From: Planctomycetota bacterium
GTDB lineage: Bacteria > Planctomycetota > PLA2 > JAEUHO01
DNA length: 64,000 bases
Direction of reading: 5' to 3'
Assembly: GCA_964228555.1 (NCBI GenBank)
Contig: CAXQZU010000030.1
Coordinates: 61,649 to 125,648, forward strand
A program made the position numbers and the translations under genes. Shown one piece after another: positions 31,187-39,254 of the stretch. Position 1 is the first letter of the stretch. Each line of letters starts with the position of its first letter. A model generated the notes under the pieces. The model saw nothing but the letters and a program-made list of their open reading frames with translations, had not been told where the DNA came from and made no database searches.

Positions 31187-32815
31187 CTAGGCGCCCGGCG
31201 CGGCCGGGCCCTTGTCCTTGGCCTCGCCCCCGGCGGCCGGCGGGCTGCCCGCCTCGTCGCCCGGCACCAGCTTGCCGAAGTAGTCCGGCATCTTCACGCC
31301 GCCGATGTCACGCATCATGTGCAGCATGGGAGGCAGCGAGCCCGCCAGGTTGCGCAGGAAGCCGGCGGTGGCGCCCTGCGTGCCGCCCGGGCCGCCGGCG
31401 GTGCCGCCATCCCACACCACGATCTTGTCGAACTTGATGTTCTGGATGGCCTGCGCCGCGTTCTCGCTCAGCTTCTCGATGTGCTCGAGCATCAGCATCT
31501 GGAAGGCCGCCTCGGCGCTGCCGCAGGCCCCCACGATGCGCCCGAGGCCCTCGCCCTTCTTGGCCAGGATCTCGTACTGGCCGCGGGCCTCGGCCTCCAG
31601 CCGCGCGTAGATGGCCTTGGCCTCGCCCTCCGCCTCGATGCGGCGCTTCTCGGCCTCGGCCTCGGCCTCGACCATCACGCGCGCCTTCTGCGCGCGGGCG
31701 GGTGCCAGCAAGGCGGCCATCTGCTCGGCCTCGACCTTGAGGGCCTCGGCCTTGGCCGCGACCGCCTGCGCCTCGTACTGGGCGCGCAGCACGTCGGCCT
31801 CGGCCACGCGCCGGCGCGTCTCGCCGCGCTGGTAGGCCTCGGCGCGCTGCACCTGCAGGTCGGCCTCGGTCTGGGCGATCACGGCGCGGGCCGTGTTCTC
31901 GCCCTTCACGGCCAGCGCGTCGGCGTCCGCCACCTTGATGCGCTTCTCGCGCTCGGCGCTGGCAATCGCGGCATCGCGCTCGAAGGCCGCGGTCTGCTCG
32001 CCCACCTTCTCGTCACGGTCCAGCGCGGCGACCTGGACGGTGCGCTCGCGCTCGGCAGCCTTCTTGCCGATCTCGCGCTCCTTCTCCGCCTCGGCCACGC
32101 TCACGTCGCGCTCGCGGTTGGCGCGCGCCACGCCCACCTGGCCCTTCTTGACCTGCTCGGCCACGTCGATCTCGGCCTGCTGCACGGCCGTGGCCGCGGC
32201 CTTGCGCCCGATGGCCTCGATGTAGCCCGACTCGTCGGTGATGTCCGTGATGTTCACGTTGATGAGCACGAGGCCCACCTTGCGCAGCTCGGGCTCCATC
32301 TGCTTCTGGATGGCCGTCAGGAACGCATCGCGGTCGCGGTTGATCTCCTCGATGTGCATCGAGGCGATCACCTGGCGCAGCTGGCCGAAGATGATGTCGC
32401 GGGCCTGGCCCTCGAACTGCTCCTTGGTGAGGCCCAGCAGGCGGATGGCCGCGTTCTGCATCACGGCGGGCTCGGTGCCGATGGCCACCGTGAACACGCT
32501 GGGCACGTTCACGCGGATGTTCTCCGCCGAGAGCGCGCCGCGCAGCGGGATCTCGATCTGGATGGGCTCCAGGTCGAGGAAGTCGTAGTCCTGGATCAGC
32601 GGGATCACGAAGGCTCCGCCGCCGTGCAGGCACTTGCTGGCCTGCCCGCCGCCGACCTTGCCGTACACCACCAGGATCTTGTTGCTGGGGCAGCGCTTGT
32701 AGCGCGTGATGAGCAGCAGCACGAGGCTGAAGAGCAGCACGACGCCGAAGAGCACGGCGGCCATGAACCACGTCTCGCTCAGGGCCAGGACGGGCAGGAA
32801 GGGCAGGGCAGGCAT
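31187..32815 (-). CDS. Flotillin-family SPFH (band 7) protein
   Basis: N-terminal TM helix, an SPFH domain, and a long Ala/Glu-rich coiled coil (EA repeats). Its about 540 aa length is typical of bacterial flotillin FloT/YqiK. Confidence 0.85.
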   Translation of the reverse strand: MPALPFLPVLALSETWFMAAVLFGVVLLFSLVLLLITRYKRCPSNKILVVYGKVGGGQASKCLHGGGAFVIPLIQDYDFLDLEPIQIEIPLRGALSAENIRVNVPSVFTVAIGTEPAVMQNAAIRLLGLTKEQFEGQARDIIFGQLRQVIASMHIEEINRDRDAFLTAIQKQMEPELRKVGLVLINVNITDITDESGYIEAIGRKAAATAVQQAEIDVAEQVKKGQVGVARANRERDVSVAEAEKEREIGKKAAERERTVQVAALDRDEKVGEQTAAFERDAAIASAEREKRIKVADADALAVKGENTARAVIAQTEADLQVQRAEAYQRGETRRRVAEADVLRAQYEAQAVAAKAEALKVEAEQMAALLAPARAQKARVMVEAEAEAEKRRIEAEGEAKAIYARLEAEARGQYEILAKKGEGLGRIVGACGSAEAAFQMLMLEHIEKLSENAAQAIQNIKFDKIVVWDGGTAGGPGGTQGATAGFLRNLAGSLPPMLHMMRDIGGVKMPDYFGKLVPGDEAGSPPAAGGEAKDKGPAAPGA

Positions 32816-32898
32816 GCGGTCCTCGCAGGGGGTCCGGGAAGGTCGGGAAGCGATCCGGGGAGACGGGGCGGGTGGTGGCGGGCGCTCCAGCACCCGCC

Positions 32899-33465
32899 CT
32901 AGCCGGGCATCACCTTGAGCGTGTCGTCGCCGCTGAGGCCGACGACCTTGACGCGCTGGCCGGTGGCGATCTCCTCGCCGTCGGTGACGGCCGCCAGCTC
33001 CACGCTGCGGCCCTGCACCTCGAGCGTGACCTTGCCCGTCCCGCGGCCATGGGCCGGGATGCGCAGGTACACGGTGCCGGCGGCCCCCACCGCATTGTGC
33101 ACGTCCAGCGTGCCGCTGGAGCCCAGGCGGCGCAGGCTGCGCAGCAGGAAGGCCACCATCAGCATGCCGCTGACGCCCGCCACGCTGGCGATCGCCACGC
33201 GCGTGCCGGCCGAGGTCTGCGGCTCGTAGAGGGCCAGGCCGGTCAGCCCGAAGAAGCCTGCGAAGGCCACCAGCGCCTTGAAGGAGAGCACGCCGAAGAA
33301 CCACGAGGCGTCCGCCCCGGCATCGCCCGCGCCCGTGTCGCCCACGCTGCCATGGGTGCCATCGAAGTCACCGGCCCCGGCCAGGCCAAGCAGCTGCAAG
33401 ACCACTTGCACGACCAAGATGCCGCCGCCGGCGATGGCCAGCACCAGGTAGACGGTGTGCTCCAT
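32899..33465 (-). CDS. NfeD-family membrane protein (flotillin partner, YqiJ/YuaF-like)
   Basis: N-terminal TM helices, then a C-terminal OB-fold-like segment GKVTLEVQGRSVELAAVTDGEEIATGQRVKVVGLSGDDTLKV. It lies upstream of the flotillin gene on the same strand. Confidence 0.7.
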   Translation of the reverse strand: MEHTVYLVLAIAGGGILVVQVVLQLLGLAGAGDFDGTHGSVGDTGAGDAGADASWFFGVLSFKALVAFAGFFGLTGLALYEPQTSAGTRVAIASVAGVSGMLMVAFLLRSLRRLGSSGTLDVHNAVGAAGTVYLRIPAHGRGTGKVTLEVQGRSVELAAVTDGEEIATGQRVKVVGLSGDDTLKVMPG

Positions 33466-33619
33466 GGGCGCGGCCCCCGGCGCGGAGCCTCGCACTGTGC
33501 GGGGCTCCGGGCCCGGATTGTGGACGCCTCCCCGGGGCGGGGCAACCACAACCGCCAGCGCGGCCACCCGCCCGCCGAAGGCCCGCCCCGGGCCACGCCC
33601 CCAGCGGTAGAACAGGGGC

Positions 33620-33985
33620 ATGGGTGCCCGCCCCGACCTGCTGGCCTGGCTGGGCGTTGCGGCGGGCGGTGCCGTCGGCTCGCTGGCCCGGGCCGGGCTG
33701 CAGGGCGTCCTGGTGCGGCCCTGGGGCACGCTGGCCGCCAACGTGGGCGGCTGCCTCGCCATGGGCCTGCTGCTGGGCATGGACCTCGGCCCGCGGGCGA
33801 GGGCCTTCCTCGCGGTCGGCGTGCTGGGCGGCTTCACCACCCTCTCGGGGCTGGGCATGGACGCCTGGCTGGCCTGGCAGGCCGGCGAGCGCGGCACGCT
33901 GGCGGCCTACCTCGCAGCCAGCCTCGTGGGCTCGGCGCTGGCGCTGGTGGCAGGGCTGTCGCTCGCGCGGGCCTGCCTGTCATGA
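33620..33985 (+). CDS. crcB: Fluoride ion channel CrcB/FluC
   Basis: A 121-aa, 4-TM protein with the GGFTTLSG (GGFTTFS) signature. Confidence 0.85.
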   Translation: MGARPDLLAWLGVAAGGAVGSLARAGLQGVLVRPWGTLAANVGGCLAMGLLLGMDLGPRARAFLAVGVLGGFTTLSGLGMDAWLAWQAGERGTLAAYLAASLVGSALALVAGLSLARACLS

Positions 33986-35142
33986 GCACCCGCGAGGACC
34001 GCCTGGCCGCCCTGCTCGAGGCCGGCGTGGACCTCGCCCGCACGGAGGACCTCGCGGCCCTGCAGCGACGCCTGCTGGACCTGGCCACCCGCCACGTGGA
34101 GGCCGAGCGCGGCACGCTGTGGCTGGTGGACCGCGCGCACGGCACGCTGCGCAGCGTCGTGCAGGACGGCGAGGGGCTGGCCCCGCTGGTGCTGATGCCG
34201 GACCGGGGCGTGGCGGGCCGTGTCGCCTCCACCGGGCGGGCCGCACGCGTGGACGATGCCTACGCCGACCCGGACTTCGACCGCGAGACCGACCGGCGCA
34301 CCGGATTCCGCACGCGCAACATGCTGGTGGTCCCGGTGGCCCTGCGGGGCGAGCCTCCGCGGGGGGTGGTGCAGGTGCTCAACAAGCGCGTGGGCGCCTT
34401 CGACGCCGACGACGAGGCCTTCCTGGGCGCGCTGGCCTCGTTCAGTGCCGTGGCGCTCGAGCACCGCCAGCGCCTCGAGCACGAGCGCCTCGCCACCGTG
34501 GGCAGCGTGGCGGCCTCGCTGGTGCACGACCTGGGCGCGCCGCTGACCGCCGTGCAGGGCTACGCGGACATGCTGGAGCAGGACGTGCCGCCCGAGGTGC
34601 GGGCCCGTTGCGCCGCGGGCGTGCGCCGGCAGGCCCAGCGCCTCTCGGGCATGGTGCGATCCATCCTCGGCTACGTGCGCGGCGACCAGCCCCTGCTGCG
34701 GGCACGCGTAGACCTTGACCGGCTGCTCGACACCCTGTGCGAAGACCTCGCGGCCGCCTACGCCGCCGGCGGCGTGCGCGTGGAACGGCTGCCCGGCCGC
34801 GCAGGGCACCTGCTGGCCGACGAGGGAGCCCTGCGGCGCGCGGTGGAGAACCTCGCCCGCAACGCCGTGCAGGCCATGGCGCCGGGCGGCACGCTGGCGC
34901 TGGGCGCGCGCGTGCAGGGCACGCAGGCCGAGGTCGTGGTGCGCGACTCCGGGCGCGGCATGGACGAAGAAGTGCGTGCTCGCCTCTTCGAGCCCTTCTT
35001 CACCCGCGGAGGCCACGGTGGCACGGGCCTGGGCCTGAGCATCGTGGAGCGCATCGTGCGCGGCCATGGCGGCAGCATCCGGGTGGAGAGCGCGCCCGGC
35101 CAGGGCACCACCTTCGTGCTGTCGCTGCCGCTGGAGGGCTGA
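33982..35142 (+). CDS. GAF-domain sensor histidine kinase (cytoplasmic)
   Basis: ATG overlaps the crcB stop (ATGA). It has a GAF domain, an H-box LVHDLGAPLTAVQGY, and an HATPase_c region with N, G1 and G2 boxes (NLARNAVQA, RDSGRGM, GTGLGLSIV). Confidence 0.85.
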   Translation: MSTREDRLAALLEAGVDLARTEDLAALQRRLLDLATRHVEAERGTLWLVDRAHGTLRSVVQDGEGLAPLVLMPDRGVAGRVASTGRAARVDDAYADPDFDRETDRRTGFRTRNMLVVPVALRGEPPRGVVQVLNKRVGAFDADDEAFLGALASFSAVALEHRQRLEHERLATVGSVAASLVHDLGAPLTAVQGYADMLEQDVPPEVRARCAAGVRRQAQRLSGMVRSILGYVRGDQPLLRARVDLDRLLDTLCEDLAAAYAAGGVRVERLPGRAGHLLADEGALRRAVENLARNAVQAMAPGGTLALGARVQGTQAEVVVRDSGRGMDEEVRARLFEPFFTRGGHGGTGLGLSIVERIVRGHGGSIRVESAPGQGTTFVLSLPLEG

Positions 35143-35154
35143 GCCGCGCCGGGC

Positions 35155-36075
35155 TCAGCGCACGGCCCGGCGCTCCACCGGCCGCACGATCACGAAGCCG
35201 TGCAGCGTGTCCAGCACCTCGGGCACCACCTTGCCCAGCTCCCCGCGCAGCAGGCCGTTCACGACGCTCACGGGGAAGTCAGGGCTGCCCCAGCGCACCC
35301 ACGGGCTGCTGGGCTTGCCGGTGGCGCGGTCGTAGGCCCACAGCCAGCCCCCGCGCGCGGCGCTGTCCTGGTCCTCGCTGGCGGCCCGCGCGAGGCCCTC
35401 GAAGTCCGCGCCCGCCAGGGCCTGCGAGAGCACCGCCTCTGCCATCTGGCGTGCCCGCTCGCGCGTGCGCTTCTGGTCGTGGCGCCAGGGCCACGCGTCC
35501 TTGTGCGTCACGACGATGGCCTGCCCACGCACCTCGGAGCGCAGCGCCTCGTCGAGGGCAGGCTTGAGGCGCTGCGCGGCTGCCATGTCGATGCGTCGCG
35601 CGAACCAGAATCCGCGCTGCCAGTCCAGCAGCGGCGTGACGGCACCCATCGGTGCGTCCATCAAGGCCCGGTCGCGCTCGTCGGTGCGTGCGGCATCCAC
35701 GGGGAGGGCCACCAGGCCGTCGCCCACGCTGCTGGGCGCCCCGCTGTGGCGCCGCGCGATGCCACCGATGTCGCCGCCGGAGAGCGCCTGCTGCCGCAGG
35801 CCCTCGGCAAGCGCGCGCGCGGCCTCCATCGGCCTGAGGTGGGGACTGAGCGTCGGCGTGTCGCTGGGCGGGTCGTAGGGGATCCACACCTCCTGCCCCG
35901 CGGCCAGCCCTCCCACCAGGGGAGCGGGCTGCCCTGCACCCGGAGCGGCGGGCTGTTCCGCCGGCTGCCCGCAGCCGGCCACCGCCCCCACGCAGGCCAC
36001 CACCCCCACGCAGGCCACCAGGACCGCTGCGCGCAGGTGCAGGCAGGCGAGGGCCGGGCGAGGTCGTGCGCGCAC
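35155..36075 (-). CDS. Parvulin-type (PpiC) peptidyl-prolyl isomerase lipoprotein
   Basis: Lipobox AVAGCGQ. Parvulin motif FEGLARAASEDQDSAARGGWLW, matching the S.D..SA..GG.LG.F pattern. Confidence 0.65.
   Translation of the reverse strand: MRARPRPALACLHLRAAVLVACVGVVACVGAVAGCGQPAEQPAAPGAGQPAPLVGGLAAGQEVWIPYDPPSDTPTLSPHLRPMEAARALAEGLRQQALSGGDIGGIARRHSGAPSSVGDGLVALPVDAARTDERDRALMDAPMGAVTPLLDWQRGFWFARRIDMAAAQRLKPALDEALRSEVRGQAIVVTHKDAWPWRHDQKRTRERARQMAEAVLSQALAGADFEGLARAASEDQDSAARGGWLWAYDRATGKPSSPWVRWGSPDFPVSVVNGLLRGELGKVVPEVLDTLHGFVIVRPVERRAVR
35985..36020. repeat. Perfect 18-bp tandem duplication (cccccacgcaggccacca x2) inside the signal-peptide coding region of the parvulin lipoprotein
   Basis: Read directly from the sequence. 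It duplicates the VACVG hydrophobic segment in frame. Confidence 0.8.
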
Positions 36076-36123
36076 GAGGGCATCCTAGGCGATCGCCTGC
36101 CCTGGCGTCCCTGCCTCGCGCCG

Positions 36124-36822
36124 CTAGCCCAGCGAGGCCGTCAGCAACCACGCGCGCAGGGCAGCGAGCGCGCCGGCCAGGTCCCACGCGGCACGCCGGG
36201 GCTCGCCGGCCTGGTTGGACACCGCGCGCACCACGTGACAGGCCACGCCGAGGCGGCTGGCAGCCAAGGCCACCGCGAAGGACTCCATGTCCTCGGCCAG
36301 CGGCACGGCGCCCGCGGGCAGGTCCAGTCGCTCGCGGGCAGCCGCCACGCGCTGGGCAGCCTCCTCGGCGCAGCCGGAGGCCCGGGACACGGTCAGGAAG
36401 GCGGCGGCGGGCTCCCGCTCCAGGCCCGGCCACACGGGCAGGTCCAGCCACTGCGACACCGCTGCGCGCCCGGGGAGCGCGGGGGCCTGCTCCAAGCCCA
36501 GCGCCCGGGGACCTTGCCAGCCCCCGTCCCGTTCCACGCCCAGGTCGGCGAGGCAGGCATGCCGGGCCGATGCCAGCGCGCCGACGGGCAGCAGCCGGGT
36601 GTCGTAGCTGCCGCACACGCCCAGCACCAAGCAGCGCCGAGGCCGCTCGCGGGCCAGCGCCAGCGCGGAGAGCGCACCGGCCGCAGCCGGCCCGAAGCCC
36701 ACCAAGGCCACGCGTACCGGACGGCCGCCCACCTCGGCAGCCTGGGGCTCCTCGCCGCGGGGCAGCAGCCCGGGGTCCAGCAGGGCCTTGGCCTCGCGGG
36801 CGGTGGGGATGAGCACCAGCAC
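36124..36822 (-). CDS. PNP_UDP_1-family nucleosidase (MTA/SAH nucleosidase or futalosine hydrolase MqnB-like)
   Basis: The C-terminal 230 aa of track ORF 36124..37470 carry ALVGFGPAAAGA...LVLGVCGS and EDMESFAVA motifs. The upstream part of that ORF overlaps a + strand gene and is an artefact. Start is GTG at 36822. Confidence 0.6.
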   Translation of the reverse strand: MLVLIPTAREAKALLDPGLLPRGEEPQAAEVGGRPVRVALVGFGPAAAGALSALALARERPRRCLVLGVCGSYDTRLLPVGALASARHACLADLGVERDGGWQGPRALGLEQAPALPGRAAVSQWLDLPVWPGLEREPAAAFLTVSRASGCAEEAAQRVAAARERLDLPAGAVPLAEDMESFAVALAASRLGVACHVVRAVSNQAGEPRRAAWDLAGALAALRAWLLTASLG

Positions 36823-36897
36823 GCCCGTAGTGTGGTCGGCGGCGGCCGTAGCGCTACCCCCCGCACGCCAGAGGGGTAGAAGCCCGCCGGAGGCTCC

Positions 36898-37755
36898 ATG
36901 TCCCGCATCCACGCCCCCGTCCTGCTGGCCGTGCTGGCCACTGCCCTTGCCTGCGCATCGGGCATCCACGCCCGGCTGGCAGCGGACGAGGCGTCGCCCG
37001 ACCGGCAAGCGCCGGATGTGCCCGCACTCGTGGCGGGCCTGGCCTCGGAAGACCGGGAGAAGCGCCAGGCGTCGGCCGAGGCCGCTTGCGAGGTGCAGCA
37101 TCCCGACTTGCTGCCCGCCCTGCTGAAGGCTGCCAAGGATGAGTACCGCAGCGTGCGGGAGCCCGTGTGGAAGGCGCTGGGTGCACGCAGCCCCCAGCCC
37201 GAGAAGGCCAAGGCCGCCCGGGCCGTGGAGACGCGCCTGCGCGAGCTGGATCGCAAGCCCGAGTCCCCCGAGGAGGTGGCCGTCGTGGTGCAGGCCCTGC
37301 ACGACCTCGCCCAGCGCAGCAGCATCGATCCCCTGCTGGAGGGCCTGGGCCCCACCACCGAGGCGCCCCTCGCGCTGGCACGCCTGCGCGCCGTGGCCAA
37401 CGTGCCCGACAAGGCGGCCATCGAGGCACTGCTCAACTATGCCCAGCGAGGGCGCGGGGGTGACGCCCATCGGGCCGCCGCCCGGCAGGCCCTGACCTAC
37501 GCGACGGGCCTGCGGCTGGCCAACCTCGATGCCTGGCTGCGCTGGTGGAGCGACGCGAAGCGAACGTGGGACCCCGACGAGGCTGCCGCCGCCCGTGCCG
37601 AGCAGGCGAGCAGCGCCGAGGCCCGCAAGAGCGGCCGGGAGGGCCGGCGCGAGCGACCCGCCCAGAAGCCGGGTGGCTCGCCCGAGGGCGAGGGCGGCAG
37701 TCCCCCCGAGAAGCCGGGCAAGCGACAGGAACCCGAGCAGCCCTCGGAGTCCTGA
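36898..37755 (+). CDS. Secreted HEAT-like repeat protein with a charged C-terminal tail
   Basis: Signal peptide MSRIHAPVLLAVLATALACASG. Helical repeats such as DEYRSVREPVWKALG. Low-complexity Lys/Glu/Pro-rich tail. Confidence 0.55.
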   Translation: MSRIHAPVLLAVLATALACASGIHARLAADEASPDRQAPDVPALVAGLASEDREKRQASAEAACEVQHPDLLPALLKAAKDEYRSVREPVWKALGARSPQPEKAKAARAVETRLRELDRKPESPEEVAVVVQALHDLAQRSSIDPLLEGLGPTTEAPLALARLRAVANVPDKAAIEALLNYAQRGRGGDAHRAAARQALTYATGLRLANLDAWLRWWSDAKRTWDPDEAAAARAEQASSAEARKSGREGRRERPAQKPGGSPEGEGGSPPEKPGKRQEPEQPSES

Positions 37756-37767
37756 GCCGCGCGCCGC

Positions 37768-38301
37768 TCAGGCGTTGCGCTCGGCCTCCGGCGTCCACGG
37801 GAACACCAGCCACGCGTCCGCGGGCACGCAAGCGGCGGCCAGCACGTCCCTGGACACGCCACGACGAGAAAGCGCGGCGACACGTACCGGCCCGGGCAGC
37901 ACGACGGGCCCGGGCTCGAGATCGCCCTTCACCAGCAGCACCGCCAGCGTGGCCTTCGGCAGCACGGCGCCCACGCAGGCCAGCGTGGATCCGCCCTCCA
38001 CCAGCTCGTCCACCACGAGCGTGCGCGCGGGATCGCCGCTGGGCCCCGCCACGGCGGGCGGCCTGCCCACCCACTGCGCCTGCAGGCCGCCTTCGCGCCC
38101 GGCGTAGGCGCGCACCTGCACGCCCTCGACGCGGCCCACGTCCAGCGCACCCGCCAGCAAGGAAGCCGGCACCAGCCCGCCACGGGCCACGGCCACGATG
38201 CGATCCCAGCCCGCCGCGGGGGCCCGCGTGCGCGCGGCAGCGGCCAGGGATGCGCACAAGGCCTCGATCTGGTCCCAGCCCACGGTGCGCGTGCTGCCCA
38301 T
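37768..38301 (-). CDS. gpt: Xanthine-guanine phosphoribosyltransferase
   Basis: It aligns to E. coli Gpt across W(D)QI, IVAVARGGLVP, LLA and the PRPP motif LVVDELVEGGSTL. Confidence 0.8.
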   Translation of the reverse strand: MGSTRTVGWDQIEALCASLAAAARTRAPAAGWDRIVAVARGGLVPASLLAGALDVGRVEGVQVRAYAGREGGLQAQWVGRPPAVAGPSGDPARTLVVDELVEGGSTLACVGAVLPKATLAVLLVKGDLEPGPVVLPGPVRVAALSRRGVSRDVLAAACVPADAWLVFPWTPEAERNA

Positions 38302-38358
38302 GGCGCGCAGCCTACGCGGGCCCGGGACGCCGCAGCACGCGGGCTGCGGCTGCCAGGG

Positions 38359-39201
38359 TCAGCGCGCGCCCGCTCCGGGCGCAAGGCCCTGCAGGGCCTG
38401 CGCCGCGCGCGCCTCGTGCTCGGTGCCGGCGTAGCCCTGCGCCAGCGAGCGCAGCACGTCCTGCGCCTCGCCGCCCCGGCCCAGTCGCACGAGCACCTGC
38501 GCCCGGGCCAGGTCGGCCTCGAGGCGCGTGCCGGCGAGGGCCGCCACGCGCTGGGCAAGGTCGCGCACGGCCGCGGGAGCCTCGGCCGGCTCGGCGGCCT
38601 TGCGGGCCAGCTTGAGGGCCGTGCCGTAATCCCACGCCTTCACCCGCTCGCGCACCTCGTCGAGGCCCGCGGGCACCTTGCCCAGCTCGGCCACGCGGAA
38701 GCGCGCGAGCTCTTCCTGCAGGATGTCCTCAGGCCCGCGATTGCTGACGCGCACGCGACCGTCGATGCCCACCACGTAGTCCACGGGGCGCCGGTCCACC
38801 TGGTAGGCCTGCGCGAGCGCCCCCGTGGGATCACAGCCCACCGGGAAGGTGTAGCGGTTCTGGTCGAGGAAGGGCTTGACCTCGTCGGGCGCGTACTGGT
38901 GCAGCACGGTCAGCACCACGAGCCCGCTGCCCCCGTAGAGATCGTGCATCTGCTGGGCCAGCGGCAGGCTCTTGCGGCAGTGAGGGCAGTCACGCAGCCA
39001 GAACTTGATCCACACCACCTTGCCGCGGAACGACGAGAGCGTGGTGCCGCGGCTCACGCCGTTGAGGCCGGCCGGGAAGGTCATCTCGGGCGCCATCAGG
39101 CCGTCGAGCACGGCGCCCTCGGCGGCGGCCTGGCGCAGGCGGGAGCCCGGCGCAGCGACACACAGCAGGGCCACGGCAATCCACAGGGTGAGGCGCGTCA
39201 T
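38359..39201 (-). CDS. Thioredoxin-fold thiol:disulfide oxidoreductase (TlpA/DsbA-like, CPHC active site), secreted
   Basis: Signal peptide. The WLRDCPHCR CxxC motif and a following redoxin fold. Track ORF 38359..40587 extends spuriously upstream over tkt. Confidence 0.7.
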   Translation of the reverse strand: MTRLTLWIAVALLCVAAPGSRLRQAAAEGAVLDGLMAPEMTFPAGLNGVSRGTTLSSFRGKVVWIKFWLRDCPHCRKSLPLAQQMHDLYGGSGLVVLTVLHQYAPDEVKPFLDQNRYTFPVGCDPTGALAQAYQVDRRPVDYVVGIDGRVRVSNRGPEDILQEELARFRVAELGKVPAGLDEVRERVKAWDYGTALKLARKAAEPAEAPAAVRDLAQRVAALAGTRLEADLARAQVLVRLGRGGEAQDVLRSLAQGYAGTEHEARAAQALQGLAPGAGAR

Positions 39202-39254
39202 GAGGGCTCCGCGGGGCAGTCTAGGGCCGGCAAGGCCCCAACCCTTGGATCGGC

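Noticed and set aside
33466-33619. Fluoride (crcB-motif) riboswitch expected upstream of crcB
   Set aside because: By eye I found no convincing match to the conserved riboswitch cores (GCGAUG..G..C.CGCC and CUGAUG..CUCUAC). This needs cmsearch to be definitive.
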